Virus record (IMG/VR): IMGVR_UViG_3300045988_099276
Span: 64,001-128,000 of that record
From: a virus
DNA length: 64,000 nt
Direction: 5' to 3' (one strand)
Below the pieces are notes generated by a model that saw only the letters and a program-made list of their open reading frames with translations, did no database searches and was not told the origin of the DNA. Positions 48,283 through 58,720 of this stretch are shown here, piece by piece (the first letter of the stretch is position 1; each line of letters opens with the position of its first letter). A program made the translations under genes and the position numbers.

Positions 48283-51200
48283 TTATCTGAACTTATAAGC
48301 GTATTGAACCGCCCTATCGTTCAGTGACATAAGCGCAGATTCGATTTCTGCCGCACTATTCGCAGCTGGGAATTCAGCCGTGATATGTACGTTTTGGTCA
48401 ATTGTCTCAGATGCGTTATTTGCTTTCGCACCGCTAACAGCTCCAAGAGCAGTAGAAAGTGATTGCGCAAGACTTGTAGATTTAAGTTTATCCGCAAAAG
48501 ACCTTACGGATTCAACTGCCGCAAGAATATTTTGCGTATCTGTAGCATTAAGAACAAGTTCTTTCTGATGTAAGAATGCAAGTTTACCATTCTTGGCATC
48601 TGCGGTCTTATCAGACCAAGAACCCGTGTAGCCGCCTGTATCATAGCCGATTAGATTTTTTGAGCTATATTTCATAGAACCATAGTCAACAAGTCTACCA
48701 GACCTAGAGTATTGATTGATAATATCCTGAACATGGCGAGCAAAAGCGGTACCATATGCGCCAGTCAGCTTGCTGGAACGTACAGGGTCGTTGCCCCAAC
48801 CAGAAGCCCAGCCATAGGTCCAAATCGCCTTAGCAATGCCCCAAGCAGTATCTTCATTAGCTCCAGCTCCGCCAGCACCGCCACCGCCACCAGACGATGG
48901 GCCGTTAGCATTACCATAGTGTTCATAGTTATAATTCTTTTGCTCAGCCTGCTTTAGAGCTTCACTTAGATTAGCGTTTTCTTGCTCTTTCTTAGACAGC
49001 TTATTAGCAGTTTCATCGGCGAGTTGCTTGAATGCCTGCATATTATTATTAGCATCTGTAATACGATTGGCATAATCAGTCATCGTAGACTCGGTCTTTT
49101 TGACCTCACCAGATACGTCTTTAAGGATGTTGACAAATTCTTTTGTGCTGTCCGCAAGTTCTTTTGTCTTATCCGTAGTGCCGCTAATGCTATTGGAAAT
49201 ATCATCAAAGTTAGTCTTGGCTATATCTGCGATAGTTTTTGTATTATCCGCATAGTCTTTGCCAGCTTGCGTCAAATCACTAAGCATATTATCAGTGTCG
49301 GCTTTGAACTGGTCCATATTCTGTAACCAAGAGGTCAAAGAAGTAGACCAACGTGTATCAATCTGGTCAAAAGCATCGGTACTACCATTAACAATCTGGT
49401 CGTATACGTCTTGTAGATTATCTTTGTTCTCGCCAGTAAGCATATCGCACATGCCGATGAAGTCATTGATAATGTTCTTCTGGGACGTGCTGAGCTGTTC
49501 GCTGGTTCCCGCAAGATATTCTTTGAGTGAGTCAATAATTGCCTGTGTTCTCTTGGTCTTTTCTTCAAGAGACAGATTAGCATTATTCCAAATGTCATTG
49601 ACTGTAGATTGAGCATCCTGTAATGCAGATAGTGAATCTGCCTGAGTCTGTTTCATCTGGTCTTTAGACATATTGTATGCGTTATTCTGTGCATCTAAAA
49701 GGTCGGACTGTGCGGAACGTACATTATCATCGTTCGCTGTATAAACATATGAATAATTACCTTGAGTATCCCTGCGAAGTTTCATTTGAGACTTGTTGCG
49801 CTGAGCTTCTTCAAGCGCAATTTGCTTCTGTAAGATTTCAAGCTGTGCGTTAGCATAGTTTACATCATACTCAGATAATTTAGTCTTGTCGCGCAGATAT
49901 TCAAGCTGCTCTTTCATTTGCGCTGAAATCTTTTGCTGGATAGCTAAGTCATTTGAACCATCTAAGAGGTCAAGATATTTACTCTGTAGCTTTTGAATAT
50001 TATAGGATTTATTAACATCATCGAGATAATAATCAGCGTTACGATTGATTAGCTCCCACTGTGTATTCATCCAATCAAGGTCAGTACCGACAGCTTTAGT
50101 TCCCCATGCTTTAGTAATCTTTGAAACTGTATTTGAATACTGCTTCTGTAGATTCTCTAAGGAGTTTTGAATAAGGTCGTTAATGTCGGAAGTAGCATCT
50201 TTAATTTTGTCAGATACTTCGTTCCACTCTTCCGAACCTTCTTTCATGGAGCCAAGCATATCTTTCCAAATATCGCGCTGCTGCATTAATTCATTCAGCT
50301 GTGTTTTGTAATTATTCTGCTGTGCGCCAAGAATGGTATTTAAATCATCATAAGATTCTTCACCGTGTAGAAGCTCTGTAATATCTAACCAGTGTTCAAG
50401 TTCATCTGTGATGGCTTCATACTGGTCTTTACGCCTATCCATCTTATCGCTAATATCATCAATCATATCCATAACATTGTCATGGAGATTTTCAATCAAT
50501 GACCAATAGTCCTGAGCAAGTCCTGCGGCCTGTTCATATACTGTCTTAGCTACATCATAGAGGTCTGCGGAATTCTCACCGAAAATATCAGATTTACCAG
50601 TTTCTTCAAACTGCTTCATCTGAGCGTTAATATCAGTTAGATTCTTCATAGACATATCGAAATAACCAGTGCCGTAGTAGTCTACACTCTTATCACCGTT
50701 GAGCGCACGTTGCTTGGCAGCTTTAAGTTCTTCTACACGGCCTGCTGACCATTTCTTATATGCGTCAGATGTGCCTGCGGCATTTGCGGCATCCTCTTGC
50801 TTCTTGATAAGATTATCATAGTATTCGTCAACGCTCATGGTTGCAACATCAAAATATTTGCCGAGCTTGGCAACGTTATCAGCTGCTTCTTGATAAGGAG
50901 TTAGCTTAATACCGCGATTGAACGCACGGTCGAAATCAATTAGACTTTCTTGAATATCTTTTAGATTATCAAGAGATTCAATTTGAGTCTTTAATACATT
51001 GATACGCAGGTCTTCAATTTCATCATTAAGGTCTTCAATCTGCTGGATTGTGTCTCTCAAATCACTTGAAATCAAAGTATCATAACGCTGATACAGTGTC
51101 TTAAATTTATCAAGATTATCATTTGCCGCATCAATTTGGTCATTAATGGCATCTTGAGCTTCTTCTGTACCAGCCGCATTATATTGGCTGATAAGGTTAT

Positions 51201-54200
51201 TAATGTTATCAATTAATCCTTGATGAATCTTTGCGTAGTTAGAAATAAAGCCCTCATCATCAAATTGAATGCCATATCCAGATAGTTTAGATTGGAGTTC
51301 ATTCATTTCATCATTCTGGATAGACAGTTTTTCTTTCTGTAAATCAATTTGACGTTTTAGAAGCGAAGTTTGCTTAGATAGATTCTCAACTAACTTATCA
51401 CCAGTTAAGCGTTCCTGCTCTTTATTGATACGCTCATAGTCATTTGCGATTGCGTCAAGAAGTGTGTTAACACGTTCATAACGGTCAATTTCATCATCGA
51501 GAGCTTCTTTGGTATCGGGAGTGAAGGAGCTACCGCCGCCTCCACCGCCGCCACCTCCACCGCCGCCCGAGCCAGACGAAGGAAGTCCGAAGTTTGACGG
51601 TGGTACAGCACCACCAACACCAGAAGGCGCCCAGTTTTTAAGGCTAGGAGTTGAAGAGCCAAATAGCGAATTTAAGCCCTTTGCAAGTTGCTTAGAATGT
51701 TCTTTAATAGATGCTTGTGAACCAGGATTTGCAGCTGCCCAATATGTTTTACCAGTATTTTTATTATAATACTGTTCCATGACTGCACCATTTTTGGCTG
51801 TTTTCGTCCTACCAGTAGCAGTAGAATTTTTACGACCACCGCCACCACCACTAGAATTATCAGAGCCTTTAATGTGCATCTTGAACTTTGGAACGGTAAC
51901 ATAGCCTACATGGTCTGTAGTACCTTTTTCTGTATCAGTAGAAGTAATTTCCTTCTTTTCTGAACCTGCATCATCAACAGAACTTGTAACGTCACCATCA
52001 ATGCCACCAAACATTGCCATAATATCTGTAATGATGCCAGAGATACCATTAGCCATATCAGAGACAGCGCCTTCTGTTTCAGCCATTGTTCCTTGCATCG
52101 CAGCACCAGCAACTTCTGTATTAGCCATCATAGCTTCTGCTAAGCCTTGACCAGTAGTAAGCATTGCATATGCTTGCTCTTGGGTCATAGCACCAGTAGC
52201 AGCAATTGAAGCGGCTGTATTTTGTGCAGCATCAGAATTTGTCTTATAGAAAGTTGTCATTGAACTAGCTAAGCCAGAAATAGTGTCAGCATATTGAGCT
52301 TTAATTCCACCCATTTCATTTGTAGCGTCTGCGGCAACTTTGCCAGTATCATCAAATACCTCATTGATTTTCTTAAAATTATCAGTAACAAAATTATTAA
52401 AATCAGCTGCGGCATCAAGTTTCTTCATCTGATTAGATAGATTCTTAATCTGGTTTGCAGCTTTTCTTTGAGATTTTGTCATTGAATTTGTGAGTTTAGA
52501 AATATCTTCGGTATTTTCAATTTGCTCGACTTGTTCATCAGTTAAACCACTAGTTGCCTGTTCCATTTTAATAGATTGTCTCGCGGCCTTGCTCATTGTC
52601 TGAGCATATTGCGTGACATTCATTTTGCCGCTCTTGAACTGCTTGTTAGCTTGTTGTAAACCAGTATACAGCTCATTTGTCATAATCTGAGCAAAATTAG
52701 AAATATCATCATCTTTGAGAACATCAGCAAGTTCTTTACCACTACTAGTTGCATTACTGATTTTACTCGCTAAAGTATCAAAACCAGAATTTAGTCTATC
52801 TAAGAAATCAGTATTTGAAATAGCACCATTAGTAAGCAAATTATTAAGTTGCTGTATTTCTTGTAGTGGTTGTTGTAAATCAAGGTTATTGGTTGAAAGA
52901 TTCTGGTATGCTGCAAGAATATCTGTATTGGCTTGTGACATATTGATAGACTCGCCAGTTGCTTCTTTCATTGCAGCGGTCTGTTCACGTGTCTTCTGTG
53001 TCCATTGTTCAACTGCACGCTGATTTAGTTGATATTGGTCACCAACCTTTTGCAAGAATTCAACATACTCTGGATGTTCTACCATAATATTAGCAGCTTC
53101 ATCTTCTGTAAAGCCACCATTCTTTTGGTAAGCAGTTTGATAATCTTCAAGAACATCTTTCATTGAAGACTTATTTTTGACCGCACTCTCTAGGTTATCA
53201 GTTGAAATATCAGAACTTAATCCAGCCATAACAGAATTTTGAACATCGTCCTTGCCACCTTGCATAGCAGAAACGAGTCCGTTGATATATTCTTGCCCAG
53301 CTTCTTTTCCAAGAGACTGATATTTAGCTTTAATAGCTTCGTTGTCTAGAAGAGAATCTTCAATTTCTTTCTTAGATTTATTAACAAAATCACTCTTATT
53401 CAAGCCATCTTCTGCGGCACTGGCCATATTGTCAATAATGGTTTTTGCATTAGCAATATTTTCGTCGTTTAAGTAATCCTGAGCATCAGAAACATGTTGT
53501 TTTGCTTCATCTAGCTTTGACTTTGTATGTTCATACATAACATCGTCTTTGCTCATGCTATTAAGTTTTTTCTGATACTTATCTACTTCTTTTTGAGCTT
53601 TGGCAGATGCTTCTGTAACATTGCCGATTTTCTCTTGGATAGATAATCCGCTAGTGTCTTGACCCCAAAAATTTGTAGTTAAACCAGCTTGATTGCTCAA
53701 AAAGTCATTCTCAAATGCAATTCTAGCGGCATTGTTAATAAATGGCGTATAAGTAGAAGCTCCTTTATCTAATGCGGTTAGAGCTTGCTTGCCTTGTGAT
53801 GCGGCTAATTCTTTAGATGCTGTACTAGCTTTGCTAATTTTTTCAGCTAAAGTATCAAAGTCTCCTGAATTTTCCAGCGCCTTACCGCCAGCAATGTCAA
53901 GAGAATCAATTAGATTATCAGTAGCACTCTTTAATTCATCAGTAACTTCCCCAGTTTGCTTGTACGAAGCATAGGCAGCATCAAAGGAAGAAGTATCAAC
54001 AGATGCCGTTTGTTGAGTATTTGTATATGTCTCAACTTGTTTGTCTCTTTCTGCTTGATTCTTTTGATGAAAGAAGTTAATCAAAGCGCCGCCAGCAGCC
54101 GCAATTCCAATAGTTGCCATACTAAGAGGACTACTTAAACTTTCGATAAGCGCCTTAAATACTTGAAGACCAGCAGATGCAATTTTTGCTCCTGCACCAA

Positions 54201-56115
54201 AAGCCTTAAACTTAATAGTAGTTGCTGTAAGTCCATTCATAAAAGAGCCAAGTTGCATTGAATCTAGTGCTGTTTGCATTTTTGCAACTTCATTTGTTTT
54301 AATGGATGCAAAAAGGTTTCCAAAATCTAACTTTGATGCTTCTTTAAGCTCAATAAAACTAGAAATTAACTGTGGAACAGTCATAGAAAGATTCATTATA
54401 GTCTGTTCAACTTTTTCTCCAGTAGTTAAATCAGCATTTGCCCATATAGAACCCAAGTTTTGGAAAGACTGCCAAGCAAAACTAAGCTGTCCAATAGCTG
54501 CTGTAGCTTGAATAATATTTTGTACATCCATCTGTTTTTTCAGCGTGTCTTCAAGACCCTCGTTTTGGCCTTTAATACCTTCAAGTACAACATTAGCTCC
54601 AGTGACTTTTTGATTTCCTCTGGTTAAAGTAGCAGCAGAATCTATAGCAATACGCTTTTTAATTAACGCGTCATTTGCTTTGTTTAAAGCTCCTTCCGCT
54701 CCTTGATTCACTTCATTCATGCCCTCTTGAAGTGTATCTAAAAGACCAATAGTTTCGCCTAGATTATGAGAACTTAAACCATTTTTTAGAACCGTGCTAT
54801 TTGCAAGCGGAGACAGTTTTCGCAGTGCTTGAATTACTTTTTCTATTGGTTGCAGACATTCTGTGGCTTGTTTATCTAATACGGCAAAAATAGAATCTTT
54901 ACCATAGATACTTTCTGTTATTCCATACGCTTTAAGCAATCTTTGAGAATCTTTTAATATAAATTTTAGACTTGCTCGGCCATCTGTCATGATTTTCATT
55001 GGGTTAGAATCTGCACCAAGAGCGGCAATTTTGTCACGATGTTTTGGAATAGTTACTGAACTAATACCAGAAGATTCATTTGCAATTCCTTGAAGTCTTT
55101 GCTTTGCTTCATTAGAAGAAATATTTTTATATAATTCTTCTCTGCCAGCGTTTACATTGTTATAATACTCTTGAGTACCTCTTGCTTGAAGGACTCCATT
55201 TTCGTCCCTTAAAAGCTGAATATATTCTTTGTATTCACCTGTTGCCGCGCCAATAGCCATATTAGTTTCATTAACGGCTTCACGAAGTTTGGCTTCTGCA
55301 TCAGTAACGCCGTTAATTGCATGGCTTGTATCTACAAGTAATTTATTATATTGCGTTTGTTGTTCATTACTCATGACTGATTGGTAGTTTGTTCCAACAT
55401 CAATCATATCTTTTAACGGGTCTAAAGATTTATCATCAATCTTTTGATAACCCATTGCGTTTAGTTTTTCTTGTCTTATTTGAGCGTTATTTTTCTTAAT
55501 CTGCCCAAGTGAGAAATTCTGCGCCATCGCTGTTAAACCATGTGCTATCTGTTTGCTGAATACTCTAGAAGCAGTAGCACCAAATAAAGTGAGTGCGGCA
55601 GAACCTCCACCAATAGAATCTATCAATTTCTGCATTAAATCTAATGCGGTAGATAAACCATCAATGAATCCATAAAAATCAGAAGAATTACCAAGACTAT
55701 TGATAATACCTTCAAAAGTAGTCTGTAATTTATTTAATTTTCCCTGTAACGAATCAACATATTTTTCATTCATTACATCTAGCGTGCCGCTAGCATTTTC
55801 AGAACCAGCCTTATACTGATTATATAAGTCTGAACGGTTCATCAATGCTTCAAAACGTGTAAGCTGGAATTTACCAGCAAGCGTCTGACCTACGGCAGCT
55901 TTTTGCGTAGCATCAATAGAATTCCAAACCTTCATAAGGTCTTCCATGATGTCACCAACGCCACGCATCTTTCCATCGCCGTCTAAGACTTGTACACCAA
56001 TTTTCTCTAACGTGGATGTGACTTTTCCTAAGTCTACTCCATCGTCTAGAGTCTTGCCCATTGATAAGTCTGAAAGGCGGGCAAACAGTGTCTTGAGGCC
56101 ATTTCCGATTTGTTC
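48283..56115 (-). CDS. tape measure protein, exon 3 (5' boundary about +/-10 nt)
   Basis: The frame is open upstream of the track ATG, giving EQIGNGLKTLFARLSDLSMGKTLDDG, the classic TMP motif. The body is a long helical protein with Gly-runs. Confidence 0.75.
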   Translation of the reverse strand, partial: EQIGNGLKTLFARLSDLSMGKTLDDGVDLGKVTSTLEKIGVQVLDGDGKMRGVGDIMEDLMKVWNSIDATQKAAVGQTLAGKFQLTRFEALMNRSDLYNQYKAGSENASGTLDVMNEKYVDSLQGKLNKLQTTFEGIINSLGNSSDFYGFIDGLSTALDLMQKLIDSIGGGSAALTLFGATASRVFSKQIAHGLTAMAQNFSLGQIKKNNAQIRQEKLNAMGYQKIDDKSLDPLKDMIDVGTNYQSVMSNEQQTQYNKLLVDTSHAINGVTDAEAKLREAVNETNMAIGAATGEYKEYIQLLRDENGVLQARGTQEYYNNVNAGREELYKNISSNEAKQRLQGIANESSGISSVTIPKHRDKIAALGADSNPMKIMTDGRASLKFILKDSQRLLKAYGITESIYGKDSIFAVLDKQATECLQPIEKVIQALRKLSPLANSTVLKNGLSSHNLGETIGLLDTLQEGMNEVNQGAEGALNKANDALIKKRIAIDSAATLTRGNQKVTGANVVLEGIKGQNEGLEDTLKKQMDVQNIIQATAAIGQLSFAWQSFQNLGSIWANADLTTGEKVEQTIMNLSMTVPQLISSFIELKEASKLDFGNLFASIKTNEVAKMQTALDSMQLGSFMNGLTATTIKFKAFGAGAKIASAGLQVFKALIESLSSPLSMATIGIAAAGGALINFFHQKNQAERDKQVETYTNTQQTASVDTSSFDAAYASYKQTGEVTDELKSATDNLIDSLDIAGGKALENSGDFDTLAEKISKASTASKELAASQGKQALTALDKGASTYTPFINNAARIAFENDFLSNQAGLTTNFWGQDTSGLSIQEKIGNVTEASAKAQKEVDKYQKKLNSMSKDDVMYEHTKSKLDEAKQHVSDAQDYLNDENIANAKTIIDNMASAAEDGLNKSDFVNKSKKEIEDSLLDNEAIKAKYQSLGKEAGQEYINGLVSAMQGGKDDVQNSVMAGLSSDISTDNLESAVKNKSSMKDVLEDYQTAYQKNGGFTEDEAANIMVEHPEYVEFLQKVGDQYQLNQRAVEQWTQKTREQTAAMKEATGESINMSQANTDILAAYQNLSTNNLDLQQPLQEIQQLNNLLTNGAISNTDFLDRLNSGFDTLASKISNATSSGKELADVLKDDDISNFAQIMTNELYTGLQQANKQFKSGKMNVTQYAQTMSKAARQSIKMEQATSGLTDEQVEQIENTEDISKLTNSMTKSQRKAANQIKNLSNQMKKLDAAADFNNFVTDNFKKINEVFDDTGKVAADATNEMGGIKAQYADTISGLASSMTTFYKTNSDAAQNTAASIAATGAMTQEQAYAMLTTGQGLAEAMMANTEVAGAAMQGTMAETEGAVSDMANGISGIITDIMAMFGGIDGDVTSSVDDAGSEKKEITSTDTEKGTTDHVGYVTVPKFKMHIKGSDNSSGGGGGRKNSTATGRTKTAKNGAVMEQYYNKNTGKTYWAAANPGSQASIKEHSKQLAKGLNSLFGSSTPSLKNWAPSGVGGAVPPSNFGLPSSGSGGGGGGGGGGGGSSFTPDTKEALDDEIDRYERVNTLLDAIANDYERINKEQERLTGDKLVENLSKQTSLLKRQIDLQKEKLSIQNDEMNELQSKLSGYGIQFDDEGFISNYAKIHQGLIDNINNLISQYNAAGTEEAQDAINDQIDAANDNLDKFKTLYQRYDTLISSDLRDTIQQIEDLNDEIEDLRINVLKTQIESLDNLKDIQESLIDFDRAFNRGIKLTPYQEAADNVAKLGKYFDVATMSVDEYYDNLIKKQEDAANAAGTSDAYKKWSAGRVEELKAAKQRALNGDKSVDYYGTGYFDMSMKNLTDINAQMKQFEETGKSDIFGENSADLYDVAKTVYEQAAGLAQDYWSLIENLHDNVMDMIDDISDKMDRRKDQYEAITDELEHWLDITELLHGEESYDDLNTILGAQQNNYKTQLNELMQQRDIWKDMLGSMKEGSEEWNEVSDKIKDATSDINDLIQNSLENLQKQYSNTVSKITKAWGTKAVGTDLDWMNTQWELINRNADYYLDDVNKSYNIQKLQSKYLDLLDGSNDLAIQQKISAQMKEQLEYLRDKTKLSEYDVNYANAQLEILQKQIALEEAQRNKSQMKLRRDTQGNYSYVYTANDDNVRSAQSDLLDAQNNAYNMSKDQMKQTQADSLSALQDAQSTVNDIWNNANLSLEEKTKRTQAIIDSLKEYLAGTSEQLSTSQKNIINDFIGMCDMLTGENKDNLQDVYDQIVNGSTDAFDQIDTRWSTSLTSWLQNMDQFKADTDNMLSDLTQAGKDYADNTKTIADIAKTNFDDISNSISGTTDKTKELADSTKEFVNILKDVSGEVKKTESTMTDYANRITDANNNMQAFKQLADETANKLSKKEQENANLSEALKQAEQKNYNYEHYGNANGPSSGGGGGAGGAGANEDTAWGIAKAIWTYGWASGWGNDPVRSSKLTGAYGTAFARHVQDIINQYSRSGRLVDYGSMKYSSKNLIGYDTGGYTGSWSDKTADAKNGKLAFLHQKELVLNATDTQNILAAVESVRSFADKLKSTSLAQSLSTALGAVSGAKANNASETIDQNVHITAEFPAANSAAEIESALMSLNDRAVQYAYKFR

Positions 56116-57322
56116 CTTCTGTCTTAAACTCGGTCGTTAATCGAGTCCATATATAAATCCTATATGCTTCTCGTTTCCAAGAAGAAGAGACTATATTTTC
56201 TATAAAAATAGAATATTCTTTCGGATAGACTTCTATCCTATCAGAGCCAATCCTGATAGTCGTTGAACCTTTTACTAAATAGCAAAATGGCTGCGGATTA
56301 TCCAATTTTTATATCTTTTTACTATACCTAAGACATTACTCTTCGCCAATATTATATCACTATAATATTTTAGTAATATAAAACTCTAAGGATTTTCCCG
56401 CAATTTAATATTTTTCTTATAATTTAAATTATAAGCCCAATGTTTTTCTTGCTTGCATGTATACTTTATATTTTCTCTCTAAATGAACAGTAGATTTACC
56501 ATAAAGCCTATTTAAAAATTCATAAACAAAATCTTTATGACCAATCTCTAAAGCGTAAATATGAGCCGCTTCGCGTTCATAAATATTGCTATGTTCTTGT
56601 GTATTTAATCTTTCCACTAATCCACTTAGAAAATCATAAGTACCTAAAATAATAATTCTATATCTACTTTGTTCAAAGTCAAATTGAATATATCCATCTC
56701 CGTCAATATAGCCACGAACAAAATCGTATATAAAATAATCAGGAACTTGTTGAATTGTAGGAAATTTTAAAATGCTAGTTTTTGCTGGAACGCAACCTAA
56801 ATTACATAAATTTTGCTTAACATCATTGCTAGAAAAACTATATCCATAATATTTGTGTGTTCCATCTTTACACGTTTTTTCTTTTTCAAATATACTATTT
56901 TTATTTCCTACAAAATTTTGAAAAGCTATGACACTATCTAAATCTTGTCCTTGTAGCACTAAAGAAATTTCATTTTTATCCTTCTTAACAGACCCATCTG
57001 CATATAAGAATCCAAGCCAATAAGCAGATTCTTCTGAATCTATTGTTTTAAACAATTCTGTATTAACAGGTTGATATATTGATTGATTTCTGTTACTGAT
57101 AATATCAATATTATTTTCACAGAGAACTCTTTTTATAGTGTTCCAAGAAACTTTATACTCTTTTGCAATAGAGTTAATACTCTTATTATTTTCACAATAT
57201 GCATAAATAATAGCATCGCTATCTAACATAATTTTTTGTGCCATATAAGTGCCTTTCTTTAATAATTATAAATTTCTTATAATTATTATATCATATTTTT
57301 AGGCGGCAAGCAAATATTTATT
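56116..57322 (-). mobile_element. group I intron A in the tape measure gene, carrying a LAGLIDADG ORF upstream of the P element (boundaries about +/-10 nt)
   Basis: Core elements on the - strand: P AAATTGCGGGAAAATC (about 56392-56407), Q GGATAATCCGCAGCC (56289-56303), R GTTCAACGACTATC (56255-56268), S AATATAGTCTC (56188-56198). P/Q and R/S are complementary. Confidence 0.8.
56429..57244 (-). CDS. LAGLIDADG homing endonuclease (intron-encoded)
   Basis: Two motifs, YWLGFLYADGSV and VRGYIDGDGYI. N-terminal HTH-like segment INSIAKEYKVSWNTIKRVL. Confidence 0.85.
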   Translation of the reverse strand: MAQKIMLDSDAIIYAYCENNKSINSIAKEYKVSWNTIKRVLCENNIDIISNRNQSIYQPVNTELFKTIDSEESAYWLGFLYADGSVKKDKNEISLVLQGQDLDSVIAFQNFVGNKNSIFEKEKTCKDGTHKYYGYSFSSNDVKQNLCNLGCVPAKTSILKFPTIQQVPDYFIYDFVRGYIDGDGYIQFDFEQSRYRIIILGTYDFLSGLVERLNTQEHSNIYEREAAHIYALEIGHKDFVYEFLNRLYGKSTVHLERKYKVYMQARKTLGL

Positions 57323-57644
57323 AGGGGCTTCACGAGTAACAGACTCAATTGTAGCAATTTGTGCATTTAATTGGTCTGTAGAAACTCCAAGCGTAGCTGC
57401 TGCTGATGCAGCTTTCTGTGATGCTTCTGCCAGCTCTCCAACATCCGCAGCAGAAATATTTGCTACGTTAGCCCAAGAGTCTAGTGCGGCATTAAGTTTA
57501 TCAATATTATTATCAAGACCATAAGCATTCATGTATGCTGTGATTTGGTCCGACGTTGTAGCAGTATCTTGCTGAGAAGCATTTGCCAATTTAGTTGACA
57601 TCTCCGCAAGCTGCTGAGACTTGTTTAAGTCAAACCTTGTGTTC
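57323..57644 (-). CDS. tape measure protein, exon 2 (boundaries approximate)
   Basis: The frame is open upstream of the track ATG (NTRFDLNKSQQLAEM...). It ends ...IATIESVTRE(AP) before running into the intron. Confidence 0.65.
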
Positions 57645-57928
57645 CATACGATGCGCTAAATCGTATGCGTTAAAACTGCTAATAATTCCTTATTAGAGCA
57701 GACTATATCTTACCTGTATATGGATAGTGCGGTCATTTTGTCTATCCCAGGTATCTCTATTTCGATTGCGCTTGCAATCTACTTCTCCTTGACGGTAGAA
57801 TAGTCGTTGAACCTTCTCTTATGAGCGGGCTGCTGATTAGGCGCAAGCCCTTCCAGCAATTATAAGATTTTCAAGGCTGTCGCGTTAAATTAAATCTGTA
57901 ATACAAACAGTATTTTCAAACAACATGT
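57645..57928 (-). mobile_element. group I intron B in the tape measure gene, ORF-less (about 284 nt)
   Basis: P AATTGCTGGAAGG (57849-57861), Q AATCAGCAGCC (57828-57838), R GTTCAACGACTATTC (57798-57812), S AAGATATAGTC (57701-57711). The exon end AAUUUUU can pair with GAAAAU (U.G at the junction). P9-type hairpins lie downstream of S. Confidence 0.8.
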
Positions 57929-58593
57929 AAAAATTTTCCTTGTTGACCGAAAATAAGGGTACTATTCGTCATAGCAACAGTTGTAGAGCCAAGAGCCTTT
58001 GCAGCTTCATTAGCCTGCTTAGCATACTGAACCATCGAATCACGCGAATAGTCAGTAACAAGCATAATCTGTGTTAATGAATCATCAAGGTCTTTCGCAT
58101 ATTCAACAGATTGACGAATAGAATCAGTAACGCCGTTGAAAGCACTTGACATAATGCCCCAACGAACAGTGTTACCCATTGTATTAAACAATTTATCTAC
58201 CATTGAGCTGGTACTTTTAATACCAGTATCAATTTTACCTAATTGCGCAAGAACATCTGTAAAGGCAATTTTACCAGTAGACCCTGCCATAGAAAATGAA
58301 TTTTGTAGATTACGTAATGACAGTCCACTATCATTTAGCTGGCTGGTCAACTTTGTCATATCGAGCATTCCAATTTTAGTGTTAAAGCTCGAATTTAATG
58401 CTTTCTGAAATTTTTGAATATTATTGATAGCCGCAGAAACTTGTGTGTTATCAATAATATCCTGAGACTGCATTTCCTTTAACTGAACAGAAACTTTATT
58501 AAGCTCAGTCTGCAATTGAGTCAAACCAGAACGGTCTAATGTAGTTCGTAGATTATACTCAATAGTATTTGAATATTTACTAATGGTAATCAC
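57929..58593 (-). CDS. tape measure protein, exon 1
   Basis: GTG 58593. ...AKALGSTTVAMTNSTLIFGQQGKF, then the frame decays into the intron (track ORF 57916..58593). Confidence 0.65.
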
Positions 58594-58663
58594 CTACCTT
58601 AAATCTATCTGTACAATTCACAATCGTACCTCCTTTTATATCTTTATTAACGTTAATATAGGC

Positions 58664-58698
58664 ATAAAAAAGAGCCTACTTTATATAAAAGTAGGCTC
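58664..58698 (-). terminator. rho-independent terminator
   Basis: On the - strand: GAGCCTACTT TTATATA AAGTAGGCTC followed by TTTTTT. Confidence 0.7.
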
Positions 58699-58720
58699 AT
58701 AACAATTATTGAATTTTGTA

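Noticed and set aside
51530-51575. The long Gly run (SGSGGGGGGGGGGGSS) in the tape measure as another slippery tract.
   Set aside because: It is encoded by mixed GGN codons (GGC/GGT/GGA), not by a homopolymer. Slipped-strand variation is therefore not expected.
15761-55000. Numerous 60-140-aa plus-strand ORFs antisense to the structural genes (for example 26422..26661, 32959..33378, 52715..53023), plus same-strand alternative-frame ORFs.
   Set aside because: All are embedded in long, motif-supported minus-strand genes. They have repetitive A/S/L-rich translations typical of antisense reading of biased codons, and they lack SD sites.
55952-56305. 117-aa ORF overlapping the tape-measure exon 3 start and the intron A core.
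   Set aside because: It runs through the Q, R and S ribozyme elements in a frame unrelated to the exon. It has no SD.
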